DNA of 60,352 nucleotides, counting the filler, from Sphacelaria rigidula (Eukaryota): assembly GCA_964200075.2 (NCBI GenBank). It is 9 parts of 9 records of this genome, joined end to end, with 100 filler letters (N's around TTAATTAATTAA, not from the genome) between each part and the next. Parts side by side here need not be neighbours in the genome. Positions count along the whole stretch, not along the records: positions 53,737 to 60,352 come from CAXNAA020019037.1; 8 more parts are not named here. The stretch is one strand, 5' to 3'. The notes below the pieces were generated by a model, which was not told the origin of the DNA, made no database searches, and worked only from the letters and a program-made list of their open reading frames with translations. The translations under genes and the position numbers were made by a program. Positions 60,351 through 60,352 of this stretch are shown in pieces. How positions within the stretch are numbered: the stretch's first letter is position 1; every line of letters starts with the position of its first letter.

Positions 60351-60352
60351 GA

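Overview
Eukaryotic, intron-rich and repeat-dense DNA, most likely a brown alga (Phaeophyceae); the taxon is inferred from splice style, protein families and repeat types, not proven. The window is not contiguous. It is nine unplaced scaffolds of about 6.6 kb (1-6618, 6719-13335, 13436-20052, 20153-26769, 26870-33486, 33587-40203, 40304-46920, 47021-53636, 53737-60352) joined by artificial 100-nt N44-TTAATTAATTAA-N44 linkers, so neighbourhoods across linkers mean nothing. Host genes recovered by manual splicing: the 3' part of a Kelch/BTB-BACK protein, an N-myristoylated EF-hand protein, the last exon of NDUFA5, the last exon of an SCP2-domain protein ending in PTS1-like ARL, and weaker candidates for a membrane protein and a LURP-one-like protein. 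Mobile DNA: an intron-containing, frame-intact Sola2/DUF7869-type DDD transposase with a Sola-like MITE nearby, decayed gypsy-like, copia-like, LINE and tyrosine-recombinase remnants, and many MITEs and foldbacks, several with visible TSDs. The most striking signal is a LINE plus a SINE-like partner that share a 3' end, terminate in poly(C) instead of poly(A), insert into C-runs (one TSD visible), stack on each other, and in at least four cases sit in sense orientation 13-33 nt before a 3' splice site, so that their tail is the polypyrimidine tract. Two GC-AG introns are supported by protein homology. All family assignments come from recalled motifs; no database search was run.
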